From: Thecamonas trahens ATCC 50062
Lineage: Eukaryota > Protista > Apusomonadida
DNA: 64,000 nt
Assembly: GCF_000142905.1 (NCBI RefSeq)
Contig: NW_013657670.1
Coordinates: 1-64,000 of the forward strand
Direction: 5' to 3'
The stretch's first letter is position 1. Every line of letters starts with the position of its first letter. Of the stretch, positions 11,164 to 22,100 are shown one piece after another. The notes below the pieces were generated by a model. The model saw nothing but the letters and a program-made list of their open reading frames with translations, had not been told where the DNA came from and ran no database searches. The position numbers and the translations under genes are program-made.

Positions 11164-12597
11164 TCACCGAGCTCCGCACCACGCCGCAAGCCGGTCCATG
11201 CCACGGACAACCTTGGGTGCCACAGCCGCCACGTCGACGTGCCCGGTTGCGGCGTATGCGTCAAGAGCGGCGGCGCCGTCAAAGTCAACAAACGCGAGCC
11301 GGAGCGAGAGCTCGTCGTGTGGGACAGAGAACGGCGCACCAGGCAGCATGGCGACGCCCGTCTCGGCCAGGATGGTGTGCGCGAGCTCGACATTGGTCGA
11401 GATGCCCTTGGCGTCAGCGAGCCACTCGCCGTGCGCGTCGTTGAACGACGGGAAGACGTAAAAGCCGCCATCAGGCTTCGGCGTCGCCATACCGGCCGCG
11501 TTGGCAGCGTCGGCCACGTAGCCGCCGACCGCCTTGAGCACCGCCCGCGAGCCCTCGAGGTACGCTGCCAGCGGCTCGGACGCCTCGCCTGGGTACGCCG
11601 CTGTCGCCGCGTACTGGATCGGCGCCGACGTCGCCGAAAACGTCTCCGACGCCACCACATGCATGGCATCGCGGAGCCACCGGAGCTCGCGCGGGAAGCA
11701 AAAGTGGCCCAGTCGCCACCCGCCGGCGCCCGCCCACTTGGACAGTCCGTCCGAGACAATGGTGCCCTCCGGGTACGCGCTCGCCAGCGACGCGTGCTGC
11801 CCGGTGTGGTGGACCTTGCCGTAGATCTCGTCCGCAAGCACAATGACGTTGTGCTTGCGGAAGACGCCCGCGAGCGCTTCCAGCTCGCTTGCCGAGTACG
11901 AGAGCCCCGTCGGGTTCGACGGGTAGTTGAGGATGAGGACCGAGGCGCGGGAGTCGGTCCCGGGCTTGCCCACAAAGTGCGCCTCGGCCACCTCGGGCGT
12001 CAGCTTCCACCCGTCAGCCCGTGCCGTCGGCACCACATCGATCGCCCGCCCAGCAATGAGACTCTGCGGAAGGTACGAGACCCACGACGCCGCCGGAATG
12101 CTGATGGTGCCCTCGATGGCTACCTGGAGATTGAACAGCAGCTCCTTCGATCCCGGGCCGACCATGATGTCCTCGGCTGCCACCGGGCGCCCGATCCGCC
12201 CGGCCATCTCGCTTGCCACGCAGGCTTGCAGTGCTGCCAGGCCCTGCACCGCCTCGTAGTCCTTCTGCGCCGCGTGCCGCTGCAGAGCCTCCACAAGCTC
12301 GCCCGGCACCGGAAACGGCGACTGGCCAAAGCCAAACCGGACCACATCCTCGCCGGCCGCCACCTTGGCCGCGCTCAGCTCGTTGATCGCCAACGTCGGC
12401 GACTTGCCCAGCCCCTGCACAGCCTTGGCAATCGGAAAGTTTGCACTCGACGTCCCGCTGCCCGCCGCCACCCCCATCAGCGCCGCATGCTCGGCCGAGC
12501 CAGCCTCTGACGCGTAGCCGCGACAGACAGCCCCCGCCACCGTGGTCGCCACAACTCCAGCATGCACGCCACGTCCAAGTCCACCAATGCGCAGCAT
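11164..12597 (-). CDS. PLP-dependent class I/II aminotransferase (aspartate aminotransferase-like), probable mitochondrial presequence
   Basis: NYPSNPTG, DEIY, SDGLSKWAGAGGWRLG (PLP lysine), PDGGFYVF; Arg/Gly-rich N-terminus ending CRGYAS. Confidence 0.9.
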   Translation of the reverse strand: MLRIGGLGRGVHAGVVATTVAGAVCRGYASEAGSAEHAALMGVAAGSGTSSANFPIAKAVQGLGKSPTLAINELSAAKVAAGEDVVRFGFGQSPFPVPGELVEALQRHAAQKDYEAVQGLAALQACVASEMAGRIGRPVAAEDIMVGPGSKELLFNLQVAIEGTISIPAASWVSYLPQSLIAGRAIDVVPTARADGWKLTPEVAEAHFVGKPGTDSRASVLILNYPSNPTGLSYSASELEALAGVFRKHNVIVLADEIYGKVHHTGQHASLASAYPEGTIVSDGLSKWAGAGGWRLGHFCFPRELRWLRDAMHVVASETFSATSAPIQYAATAAYPGEASEPLAAYLEGSRAVLKAVGGYVADAANAAGMATPKPDGGFYVFPSFNDAHGEWLADAKGISTNVELAHTILAETGVAMLPGAPFSVPHDELSLRLAFVDFDGAAALDAYAATGHVDVAAVAPKVVRGMDRLAAWCGAR

Positions 12598-12875
12598 TTT
12601 GTTCCTCTCTCTGTGCTCTCCGTCGACAAGTATACTCCTTCAAAGCCCCGCCCTCACCGCCCAGCCCCACACAGGCATGCCCACCCATCGCCACCACCAC
12701 CACCACGGCCACCACATCACCACCACCTAGCCACGTGGACTGTCCCCCACCGTTCACAAATTTTACCACTACCACCCCCCACCCCCACCCCACACACACA
12801 AACACACACCACCACACACCACACTCCCTACATGCCCCTCCACACGCACATGCACACGTCCACACCCACCTCACC

Positions 12876-14351
12876 ATGATATACAGGGTCACGGTCTTCT
12901 CCCATGTCACCCTCGGCCCGGTCCACATGACCGACCTCTTCATCCCGCCGCACGTGGCCGACGCCGTCGAGGCCCTCTCGCACATGCTTACCTCGTCGTC
13001 GTCGTCCATCGTCTCCTCGGCCTCGCCGCGCCACCACCCGCTTGGCTCGGCTGCCGCGCACGCATGGCACGCGCCGCAGCTCCTCCCGCGAGTGGCAGAC
13101 GGCAAGTGCAAGCTCGGGTTTGGCTCGGGCGAGGCCGCCGTCGTCGTCGTCACCGCCGCGTCGGGCGCGTTCCCGGCCGAGCGCTACGCCGCGCTCCTTG
13201 CCCGGGCCATCGACTCGGACCCGTCGCTCCTCGACGACAAGCCGGCGTTCTCGGCTCGAGTCGCCTTTGAGGCACTTCCGCTCCTCTATCACCTGGTACC
13301 GCAGCTCGAGGGCGAGCTGATGCGGGTCAAGCCCGAGCACGTTGAGCTCGCCGAGCTCCTCGACCGCCACATCGACGGCGAGACCTCGCTCGGCATTGTC
13401 CTGGCCCTCGCCACGGGCCTCTGCCACCGCAACTGGCGCGGCGAGGTTGTCCCTGCGCCGCCTGCTGCCATTGTTGCCCGCTATCAGGGCATCTACACCC
13501 GCGATTCTGATGGGCCGTACACGCCGCCGCCGCGGCTTGTCGCCCTCGCCGGCGCCGTCATCATGTTCCTTGTCCGCTATTCGTGGCTCCGCACGCCCAA
13601 GCGCGCCCGCCACTCGCGCGTCCTCCCGTTTGTCCGCATCTGCTCTGCCGTCCATCCGTACGATGTCCTCCGCCCGACCGCCGTCGCCTCGGGCGCCCAG
13701 CTCGCCGCCAAGCTGGTCGCTGCCGCTGCTGAGACCTCGCCGCCGGTCACTCCCCAGGCTGCCGAGCTTGTCTACGTCCTTCTCGACGGCTTTACCCCGC
13801 TCTCGGCCGCGCAGTCGGCAGCTCCTCTCCCGACCTGGCTCACCAAAGCCATCGCCACCGCCCTCCTTCACGTCGGCCTTGTCGAGCGCGCCGTTCTCAT
13901 TCCGCACGCCATCCCGGCCCTGCTGCCGGGCAGCGAGCGGGTGCACTCACTGCGTGTGCGCGCCTCATGGCTCTCGCGCCTCTGGGCCCTTGTCTCCCAC
14001 GATGCCCGCGCCGCCAGCCAGCGTGCTCTCATCGCCCGTCTCGCCACCTTTTTCGACTCGCGCTGGGCTCTCGAACACGTGGCGCTCTTCTCGGGCGTCG
14101 ATCTGGCGACGCTCGCCCCGCTCGGCTGGGACCACGGCCTCGCGTTCGAGACCCTTGCCTGGTCCCCGTCCTCGTCGCTGTTCAAGCCCGACTACACGGC
14201 GTCGCGCCCGCTTCGCTCTCGGCCGTCGCCGGCCCGCCCGCCGCCGCGCCTGCTCGCTGGCCCTCAGCATGCCGGCGATGCCGAGGCCAGCGACGGTGCC
14301 GAGACCGAGGCCACGCCGCTCCTCGCTGCCCGGCCTTCGTTCCTCTGGTAA
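12876..14351 (+). CDS. Hypothetical helical protein (start uncertain: 12876 or 12927)
   Basis: Long GC3-rich ORF after a C/A-rich leader; convergent with RIX1; no family recognised. Confidence 0.6.
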   Translation: MIYRVTVFSHVTLGPVHMTDLFIPPHVADAVEALSHMLTSSSSSIVSSASPRHHPLGSAAAHAWHAPQLLPRVADGKCKLGFGSGEAAVVVVTAASGAFPAERYAALLARAIDSDPSLLDDKPAFSARVAFEALPLLYHLVPQLEGELMRVKPEHVELAELLDRHIDGETSLGIVLALATGLCHRNWRGEVVPAPPAAIVARYQGIYTRDSDGPYTPPPRLVALAGAVIMFLVRYSWLRTPKRARHSRVLPFVRICSAVHPYDVLRPTAVASGAQLAAKLVAAAAETSPPVTPQAAELVYVLLDGFTPLSAAQSAAPLPTWLTKAIATALLHVGLVERAVLIPHAIPALLPGSERVHSLRVRASWLSRLWALVSHDARAASQRALIARLATFFDSRWALEHVALFSGVDLATLAPLGWDHGLAFETLAWSPSSSLFKPDYTASRPLRSRPSPARPPPRLLAGPQHAGDAEASDGAETEATPLLAARPSFLW

Positions 14352-14374
14352 CGTTGCGGCTGTCACGGTTTCTT

Positions 14375-16960
14375 TTACGCCTCATCGTCCGACGGCGGCG
14401 CGTCGACAAGTCCAAAGTCAGAGTCAGAGTCAGAGTCGGACATGGCCGGCGCCATCGACGCCGCCACGTTGTTCACGAGCGAGTCCGGGACGACGACGCC
14501 TGTGGTGATCGCTGCCTTTGGCACGGCGTCGACGGCCGGCGCCGCCTCGTCTCTGCCAGAGCTCACAACCGCCATCGGCTTGAGGTTGAGCGCCGGGATG
14601 GGGGCGCTCGGTGCAGCTGGCGTCGCGCTCGCCACTGGAGCTGGCGCGTCCCACACCGGCTTGGCGCGCTTGGCCGGCGGCTCGGGCTGGTGGCTCTCGG
14701 CCTCGGGCGCGAGCTCCACGGGCTCGAGCTTGCGCTTCCGCGATCCAACAGCGAGCGAGGCGAGCGGGGCGGTGTTGGCGGCAGCAGCTCCGGCGGCGGC
14801 GGCGGCGGCTGCCTCGGTGTGGACTGCGTGGTCGAGCTGAGCCTGGATTTCGCCGTGGGCGGCGGCAACGATCGGGCGCGAGGTGAGGAGCGGGACGCGC
14901 GGGTGCATGAGCGAGATGGCGAGGGCACGGCCGGCAGTGGCGGCGCGGAGGACCTCGGTCGAGGTCGTCGACGCCGACGCCAAAGTAAAGGCCTGCACGG
15001 CAAAGGCGAGCGAGGGAGAGGCGACAACCCGCGGGCGCATGAGGCAGGCGGTGAGCGCCTTGACGTACCCAGTGCGCATGACGTTAGAAATCTTAGCTGC
15101 AGGCTCCAACAGTGGGCCGATGCACGCAGCCTCGAGCGCGTCGTGGGTGGCCGACGGCAGGACGCCGCGGTAGCCGAGAGCAAGAGCCTCCAGCGCGTCG
15201 GCGGCGGCGACGGCGAGCGCCTCGGCGGCGACGGTGTGGATGGTGACGTGCGAGAGGGCGTGCGCCGGGTTGGTGGACGAGGTGGCGCCGGCAGCGCCGC
15301 CGCGCTTCCGGCGGCGACCGCCACTCAGCGTCGACGCCGTGCCCGAGGTGATGGCGGCCGGGATGAGCGCGAGGTCGGCGGTGAGGGCGGTGACGGCGGC
15401 GTCCAGGAGCGACATGGCGCCGTGCGTCGAGGCCGGCGCCACAAAGGGAAGGCGGAGGCAAAAGGCGGCAAAGACGTGGTACACAGCAGCGTGGTAGCCA
15501 GGCGATGCCGAGTGTGAGCCCGGACCCCGCTTGGCCATCACCGCCGTCCGCATGGCATCCGTGAGCGCCGAGTAGCGGGCAGACATCGCACCCATGCCCG
15601 GGAGCTCGACGAGCGTGCCCAGAAAGGCCACGACCGCCAGCTGCATGTGCGGAAGGAGGAGCGCCGCCTGCGCCGACATGAGCGACGAGGAAAACATGGC
15701 AGTGGCGAGCGCAGAGACGTCGACCGAGCCGGTCGAGCTCGACCGTGAGAGCTTGCCGACGTCGACGGCGAGGACGCGCGCGATGAGGCCGATCGACGCG
15801 TCGATAGGGAGCACAACAAGGAGCGAGGCGACGGTGCCCTTGCCGGCGCCAGCCGCCGACGACTTGAGGAGCGCAGTGAGGAGGGCGCAGAGCGAAGAGA
15901 ACCGCGCCCGAAGCGCGTCGAGCTGGGTCAGCGGGTCGAGCTTGGCGAGGACGCGGGTGCGGAAGCCGGACGAGGCGTCAGCCTGGCTCTTGGCCCGCTG
16001 CCGGGCGTGCCCGCGGCCACCGCCGCTCTCCACCTCGGCCGACATCATCCCAGTCCCGTCGGGCACCCGCGGCGCCGGCGTCTCCTCGCTCCCTCCGCCG
16101 GGCACGTGGTAGCTCGGCGGGCCGCTCGGCCCGGCCCCGCGCGGCTTGCCGACCACAATGTCGAGAACGGCGTGCGCCCAGGCAAGGACCCGGCAGTACG
16201 AGCCGGACCACGCGGCGTCCGACTTGACGATGCGAGGAAGAGCGGCGAGAATGTGGACGCCAGTTTCTGCCAGCTGAGCGTCGGGTGCATCGAGGAGGGG
16301 GAGGGCCAGCGTCTCGAGGCCGGCCACAAACGGGCGGAGCGAGACGCCGAGCACGTCTACCGCCGCCGCCACCGCGTGCGCCACTGCGCTCATCAGGCTC
16401 GCCTCCTGCATCTTGGGCGAGAGAAGGGCAGTCATGAGGCCCGAGAGATGGAACGACGACGAAGACCGCGCGTCCAGATCGCCGAGCTTAGCCTTCTTGG
16501 CCGCGTGGCCCGACAGCACGTCCTTCTTGAGCTCGGGAATGGTGGCCAGGACGCGCAGCATGAGGCCGATGGCGCCGAGCGCAGCAGCGCGGACGTTCGG
16601 CTTGGCCACCACCCGCTGCGCCACCGCCGCCAGCGCCTGCAGCCAGGCCGGATACCGCGGCGCGAGCAGAGGCCGCCAATACAGGGCCCGGGCCGGCGTG
16701 AGGGCCACAATCTCGGCCAGGATGGTGTTGAGCACATCGATGCCTGCCGCAAAGACCTTGGGCAGAGTCGACGTCACCATAGCCGTCGTCGCCTTGAGCA
16801 CCTTCTCATGTCCGCTTGTCAGCTCCTCGCTTCCCGGGTTGAGCAGCTCCCACGTGGTGAGCGTCTCGATGACCACCTCGACAGCCTCGACGGCCTCGAG
16901 CGGGCTGGCCAGGTAGCTGCTCACCATGTTGAGCATCCGCCGCGGCGCTTGGCTCGCCAT
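14375..16960 (-). CDS. RIX1: RIX1/PELP1 family pre-rRNA processing protein
   Basis: N-terminal HEAT-like RIX1 region (IPELKKDV, SLRPF, ILAALPRI, AWSG), LMHPRVP motif, acidic tail SDSDSDFGLVDAPPSDDEA. Confidence 0.75.
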   Translation of the reverse strand: MASQAPRRMLNMVSSYLASPLEAVEAVEVVIETLTTWELLNPGSEELTSGHEKVLKATTAMVTSTLPKVFAAGIDVLNTILAEIVALTPARALYWRPLLAPRYPAWLQALAAVAQRVVAKPNVRAAALGAIGLMLRVLATIPELKKDVLSGHAAKKAKLGDLDARSSSSFHLSGLMTALLSPKMQEASLMSAVAHAVAAAVDVLGVSLRPFVAGLETLALPLLDAPDAQLAETGVHILAALPRIVKSDAAWSGSYCRVLAWAHAVLDIVVGKPRGAGPSGPPSYHVPGGGSEETPAPRVPDGTGMMSAEVESGGGRGHARQRAKSQADASSGFRTRVLAKLDPLTQLDALRARFSSLCALLTALLKSSAAGAGKGTVASLLVVLPIDASIGLIARVLAVDVGKLSRSSSTGSVDVSALATAMFSSSLMSAQAALLLPHMQLAVVAFLGTLVELPGMGAMSARYSALTDAMRTAVMAKRGPGSHSASPGYHAAVYHVFAAFCLRLPFVAPASTHGAMSLLDAAVTALTADLALIPAAITSGTASTLSGGRRRKRGGAAGATSSTNPAHALSHVTIHTVAAEALAVAAADALEALALGYRGVLPSATHDALEAACIGPLLEPAAKISNVMRTGYVKALTACLMRPRVVASPSLAFAVQAFTLASASTTSTEVLRAATAGRALAISLMHPRVPLLTSRPIVAAAHGEIQAQLDHAVHTEAAAAAAAGAAAANTAPLASLAVGSRKRKLEPVELAPEAESHQPEPPAKRAKPVWDAPAPVASATPAAPSAPIPALNLKPMAVVSSGRDEAAPAVDAVPKAAITTGVVVPDSLVNNVAASMAPAMSDSDSDSDFGLVDAPPSDDEA

Positions 16961-17117
16961 CTGCTCAATGTATGAAGGCTGGACAAAGTTGAGTGTGGGT
17001 GGGCTGCGCTGCGCTGGGCGGGAGAGTGTGGGGAGAGGTGGAGGGGTAGGGGTGGGGTGGTGGTGGTGGGGGGTGTGAGAGTGATGCGGAGAGATGGAGG
17101 ATGGATGGAGTAGTGGG

Positions 17118-17323
17118 NNNNNNNNNNNNNNNNNNNNNNNNNNNNNNNNNNNNNNNNNNNNNNNNNNNNNNNNNNNNNNNNNNNNNNNNNNNNNNNNNNN
17201 NNNNNNNNNNNNNNNNNNNNNNNNNNNNNNNNNNNNNNNNNNNNNNNNNNNNNNNNNNNNNNNNNNNNNNNNNNNNNNNNNNNNNNNNNNNNNNNNNNNN
17301 NNNNNNNNNNNNNNNNNNNNNNN
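17118..17323. other. Assembly gap (206 N) flanked by G-rich tracts
   Basis: Run of N. Confidence 0.99.
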
Positions 17324-17486
17324 GGTAGTGGGTGGGGGGGGGGGGTGGGGTGAGGGGGGGGGGGAGGCAGTTTGGGCCTACATCACACTGCTGCGATCAT
17401 CGTCACACACACACACATGCGACATCAAGGCCAGGGTCACGAGGACGACTTTACATGGAAAAGACCGCCCTTCGGGCCATCACGGC

Positions 17487-17939
17487 TTAGAAGTAGCCGG
17501 GGTAGCCGCCAAACTGCTGCTGCTGCGGGTAGCCGCCAAACTGCTGCTGCTGCGGGTAGCCGCCGAACGACGGGTAGCCGAACACGGGCTGCTGGGCCTC
17601 GTAGCCCGAGCCAGCCTGCTGCTGCGGGAAGCCGCCGAACTGCTGCTGCGGGAAGCCGCCAAACTGCTGCGGGAAGCCGCCAAACTGCTGCTGCTGCGGG
17701 TAGCCGCCGAACGACGGGTAGCCGAACGCGGGCTGCTGGGCCTCGTAGCCGGAGCCAGCCTGCTGCTGCGGGAAGCCAGCGCCGTAGCCGGTGCCGAAGC
17801 CAGCGCCGTAGCCGCCAAAGCCAGAGTTGAGCGGGACGCCACCCGGGCCGAGCTCGCGGACACCGACGATCGAGTAGGTGTAGCGGCCAGGGAAGTTGGC
17901 GGCCTCAGAGGTCGAGGACCTGTAGTGGTGGCACACCAT
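17487..17939 (-). CDS. Small G/Q/F/Y/P-rich low-complexity (prion-like) protein, 150 aa
   Basis: gccATG start; FGG[FY]PQQQ repeats and an internally duplicated AGSGYEAQQP.FGYPSFGGYPQQQQ block; biased codons. Confidence 0.7.
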   Translation of the reverse strand: MVCHHYRSSTSEAANFPGRYTYSIVGVRELGPGGVPLNSGFGGYGAGFGTGYGAGFPQQQAGSGYEAQQPAFGYPSFGGYPQQQQFGGFPQQFGGFPQQQFGGFPQQQAGSGYEAQQPVFGYPSFGGYPQQQQFGGYPQQQQFGGYPGYF

Positions 17940-18391
17940 GGCGCAGAACAAGTTGTGAGTGCTGATGATGAGCCGGAAGGGGAGGAAGGGGGGGAGGGGG
18001 GGGGGGGGGGTGGGAGGAAAAGGCGGAGGTGCGCCCGCTGTGCGACCTTTTTTTGCCGCCCGACTTGCGAGGGCGAAAAAAACCGACGCCGCTGCACAAT
18101 TCCTTCTGTTGCTCACGCCCAAGCGACCAGCATCCACCCGCAGCAGCGAGCCATGGGGGTGACAGTTGGTGATGGCAGACGCAGCGAGGTGGAAAGCGAA
18201 AACTGGAGCGGTGCAGTGCTCCAAGTGTATCCCGCGCACAGTTGGTAGGACACAAGAGATGCGGCAGGGCTGGGCGCTGCTGCTGCGGGGTGTGGGCGAT
18301 GGCTGCAGCTCCCCGCGTGGGCTTGAGGCGGAGCGGTGGCAAAAAAACGACCCATGGCGGGGGGGGAGGGGCTCCTCATTGTGCACTGCGG

Positions 18392-18523
18392 CTAGGCAAC
18401 GTACTTGGAGGTCTTCTTCGACGACTTCTTCGACTTCTTCGACTTCTTCGAGGACGACTTCTCGGTCTTCTCGGCCTTCTCGACCTTGGGCTCAGTGGAG
18501 GTCTTCTTCGACTTCTTCGACAT
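18392..18523 (-). CDS. 43-aa Lys/Ser-rich microprotein (MSKKSKKTSTEPKVEKAEKTEKSSSKKSKKSKKSSKKTSKYVA)
   Basis: ATCACCATG context; Lys encoded by AAG and Glu by GAG throughout, as in coding regions. Confidence 0.55.
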   Translation of the reverse strand: MSKKSKKTSTEPKVEKAEKTEKSSSKKSKKSKKSSKKTSKYVA

Positions 18524-19152
18524 GGTGATGATGAAAGTGGGGTGTCTCCAACCGCCGCCGTCGCCGTCGCAACGTAACGTTTGATCAAATAAGCCCCAAA
18601 AACGGAGCCGAAACGACCACAAAGACCGAACAGCAATGGAAGCAACGTGAAGCACGTTCAATGTCAACAATCGATCACCATCGATCAACACCAACATACC
18701 ATGCAACATACAACGACATCGCATCATCACACATACACGTACACATACTCACACTCATACTCATGCATACACACACATGTACACATACACTCGAATCCAA
18801 TCATTCATTTCATCCTGCAGGCAGAATCCCACACTATGATCGACGTGACATAGGTAACACGAGCCAGCTTTTTGCTGATCATGCGTCGGTGCGGGCCACA
18901 CAAACAAGCGATAACCTCCTCGCCCCCCCCCCTCCTCCCCCTTCCCATCCCATCGCACACACATCACCATCAACCAGCTATGAGCAACAAATCTTTCCCC
19001 CAACTACCACCCATCGCGCCAATGCCCACTTCTTCCACTCCCCATAGCTCGTATCGCCTGCTCGCCGCCACTCACTCCTCCGCCCAACCGCCAACGCACC
19101 TCCCCCGCCCCCCCTCCCACGTCCCACGTCCCACTCCCACACTCGACCCACC

Positions 19153-22100
19153 ATGTCGTCGAACCCGTCATTATCCGGGTCGCGGTCATTGTCGCGGACC
19201 CTCTCGCGGGCGCTGCTCACAGCGTCGGCGTCAGAGCTCTCCGAGGCTGGCGTGGGTGGAAGGGCCGAGGCGCCGGCGTTGTCGGAGCGGAGCGACCGCG
19301 AGCCTGGCTACAAGCACCTTCCTCCGGACGCACTGCCTCGGGCGGCCCCGCTGGATCGGCCGTATGAGCGCCCACTGGTCTCAATGGTCGACATGGACAC
19401 GCGACTGACGCGGTCCATGGCGACGCTGGTGCCCATCCATCCGCCGTCCGACTCGCCGTCGGCGCTCGCCCATCCGCCGCTCCGCAACGATCCGGCCGGT
19501 GGTGTGCTGCATCCGCTCCCGCGCGGAGCGCTCAAGGTCAATCCGGCGCGTGGCGTTCGCATCCTCGACCGCCCACCCAAGGTCAAGAGCAAGGTCGACC
19601 GCAAGCTCCGCGCGCGGGCGGCGTCGGCGGCCTCGTCGTCGCCGCACGCCGCCGCCCTCCACGACCTTGGCGCCGACCGCGAGTCGGCCAACTCGCGACT
19701 GCTGGCCTCAATGCGGGCCCGCGATCCGCTGCGTGCGCTGGTCAAAACCTCGTCGCTTCTCGACTTTCGCCGCGGCCGCCCGCACCTCGCCCGCGACCAG
19801 GCGAGGGCACTCTCGCGCCGCATGCGCCGGAGGCATCGCGCCGTCCACGGCAAACAGACCGACGGCGAGAGCTCCGACGAGCTCTCGTCGTCGTCGGTCG
19901 GATCTTCCTCTTCTTCCTCCTCCTTGTCGTCGTCGTCGTCGGCAACCGAGGCGTCAGCTAGCGCAGCGGCGGCGGCCGAGTCGGCAGGCCTCACACTCCA
20001 CGCCGCCATTGTCCACAACATCCTCCAGCAGCTTTCCAAGGACCAGCTGGCGTACGTTCAGCAAGTTTTTGCCGCTGCGCCCGACCAGGAGCTCTCGCGG
20101 CTGGAGTTTGTGGCTACACTTGAGGTGGCGCTCAACGCGTCGCCGCACTCGGGCGTCAACACCCTCGCCTCGGAGCAGCTGCACGACGCGGTCGTTGCCG
20201 AGCTATGCGAAGTCTTCAATCGCATCGATATTGGGTCGCGTGGCGTGGTCTCCTCGACCGAGTTCCTCGACTACGTTCTGCACTCGGGCGAGTCGCACCA
20301 GGTCATCGAGAGCCTCGGCATCACTGCGTACGCCACCACGCCCGAGTTGGTCATGCCGGAGCACGACGAGCAAATCACCCGCATCCGAGGCTTCTCGGCA
20401 CTCAACCACCTTGTGACCTGCCACAAGAACGGGCTGGCGTCGGTGTGGAACCCGGCCAACGGCACGCTTGTCCGCCGGCTCCGCGGTCACGAATCGTCTG
20501 TCCTCGACGTCGATCTCGTCCCGCCGTCCGACGACGTTCAAGTCCACCGGCTCGTCACCTCGTCCGTCGACCGGACCATCATCATGTGGGACGCGACGTC
20601 GTACTCAAAGCTCTCGCAGTGGCGAACCGACACGCCGCAGACCGCGCTCGCCTGGGCTGAGCCCATCCGCAAGCTCTTCTCTGGCGGCACCGACGGCCTC
20701 GTCAAGGCCTTTGACCTCAAGACCGCTGTCGACGAGATGGAGGTCTATCCCAAAGCCCACACCAATTGGATCACCGACCTTGCGTACATTGCGCCCATCG
20801 CCTCGCTTGTCTCGGCCTCGCTCGACGGCACCGTTGTGGTCTGGGACGTCGAGCGCGCACGCAAGCGCGTTGTCTTCACCGGCCACTCCAAGGCTGTCCA
20901 CGCCGTGGCCTTTGCCGAAAAGTCCAAGCTCGTTGTCTCGGGTGGCGTCGACCGCGACCTTTTGGTGTGGAACCCGTTCATGGACTCGGTCCTTCAGCGA
21001 ATGTCTGGCCACGACAAGCCGATCCTCTCCATTATCGCCATCCCTCACTCGCACGAGGTCATTTCCGCCGACATGGCCGGCAAGATCAGGGTCTGGGACA
21101 TCCGCCGTTTCCAATGCCTGCAGACGCTTGGCGGCCGCGGCTCGCCGCACTTTGTCCGCCCTTTTGAGTGTCTCACCTACTCGCCCAAGACGGCGTCCAT
21201 CATCACCGTCGGCCGCCGGTGGCTCATCTACCCCTCGCTTGGCGAGTCGGTCGACGACTCGGCCGCCAAGTTTCCTATTTCCACCCTCATCTACAACTCG
21301 GCCTTTGACAACATCCTTGTCGTTGCCGGCACCGAGGTCACCATCTGGGACGTGGCCACCGCGCGAGCCATTGCCACCTACTCGCATTTTTCCTCCTGCG
21401 AGATTGTCCTGCTGCGGCTCTCCCGCAACCAGCGCCAGGTCATTGTGGCCAATGCTCTCGGCGTCATATCGGTCTTCAACTACTCGACCGGTGCGCTTGT
21501 CCTCTCGTTCCAGGCCTTTGCCTGTGAGCTCCTCTCCTCCGAAATCTACTTTGGCGCCGGCAAGCCGGTCGAGTCCAAATACGACCCCATCACTCCGCCC
21601 GACTCCCTGCCCGAGACCGCCGTCCTCTCGTCGGCCTTTGCGCTCGACAACGTCTGCGACCTGTACCATGTCGGCCAGGACGCACTACTCCTCACCACCA
21701 CCCAGGGTTACATCCTCGTTTACGACATTTCCACACCCGGCGCTGAGCGGGTCATGTACACCCTGCACTCGTCAAACGAGTCGCAGCAGCACGATGTCTC
21801 GGCCTCGGCCTACTGCCCGCACGTCCGCATGTTTGCTTGCGGCGGCTCGGGCCTTGCCTTTCACATCTGGAAGATGGACACGTACTCGTCGTACCACACC
21901 AAGCGCATCGAGCGCGACATTACGGCCGCCTGCTTTGCCCACAACATGGACGCGTTCATCACCGCCGACACTGGCGCCCGCATCATCGTCTACTCGCTCG
22001 GCTCCTTCAACGCGCTCTCCACCATGCAGCTCGGCGCTGAGCTCAACATCAACAGCCTCACCTACTCGGCGGCGGCCAAGGTCCTCGTCTCCACCCACCA

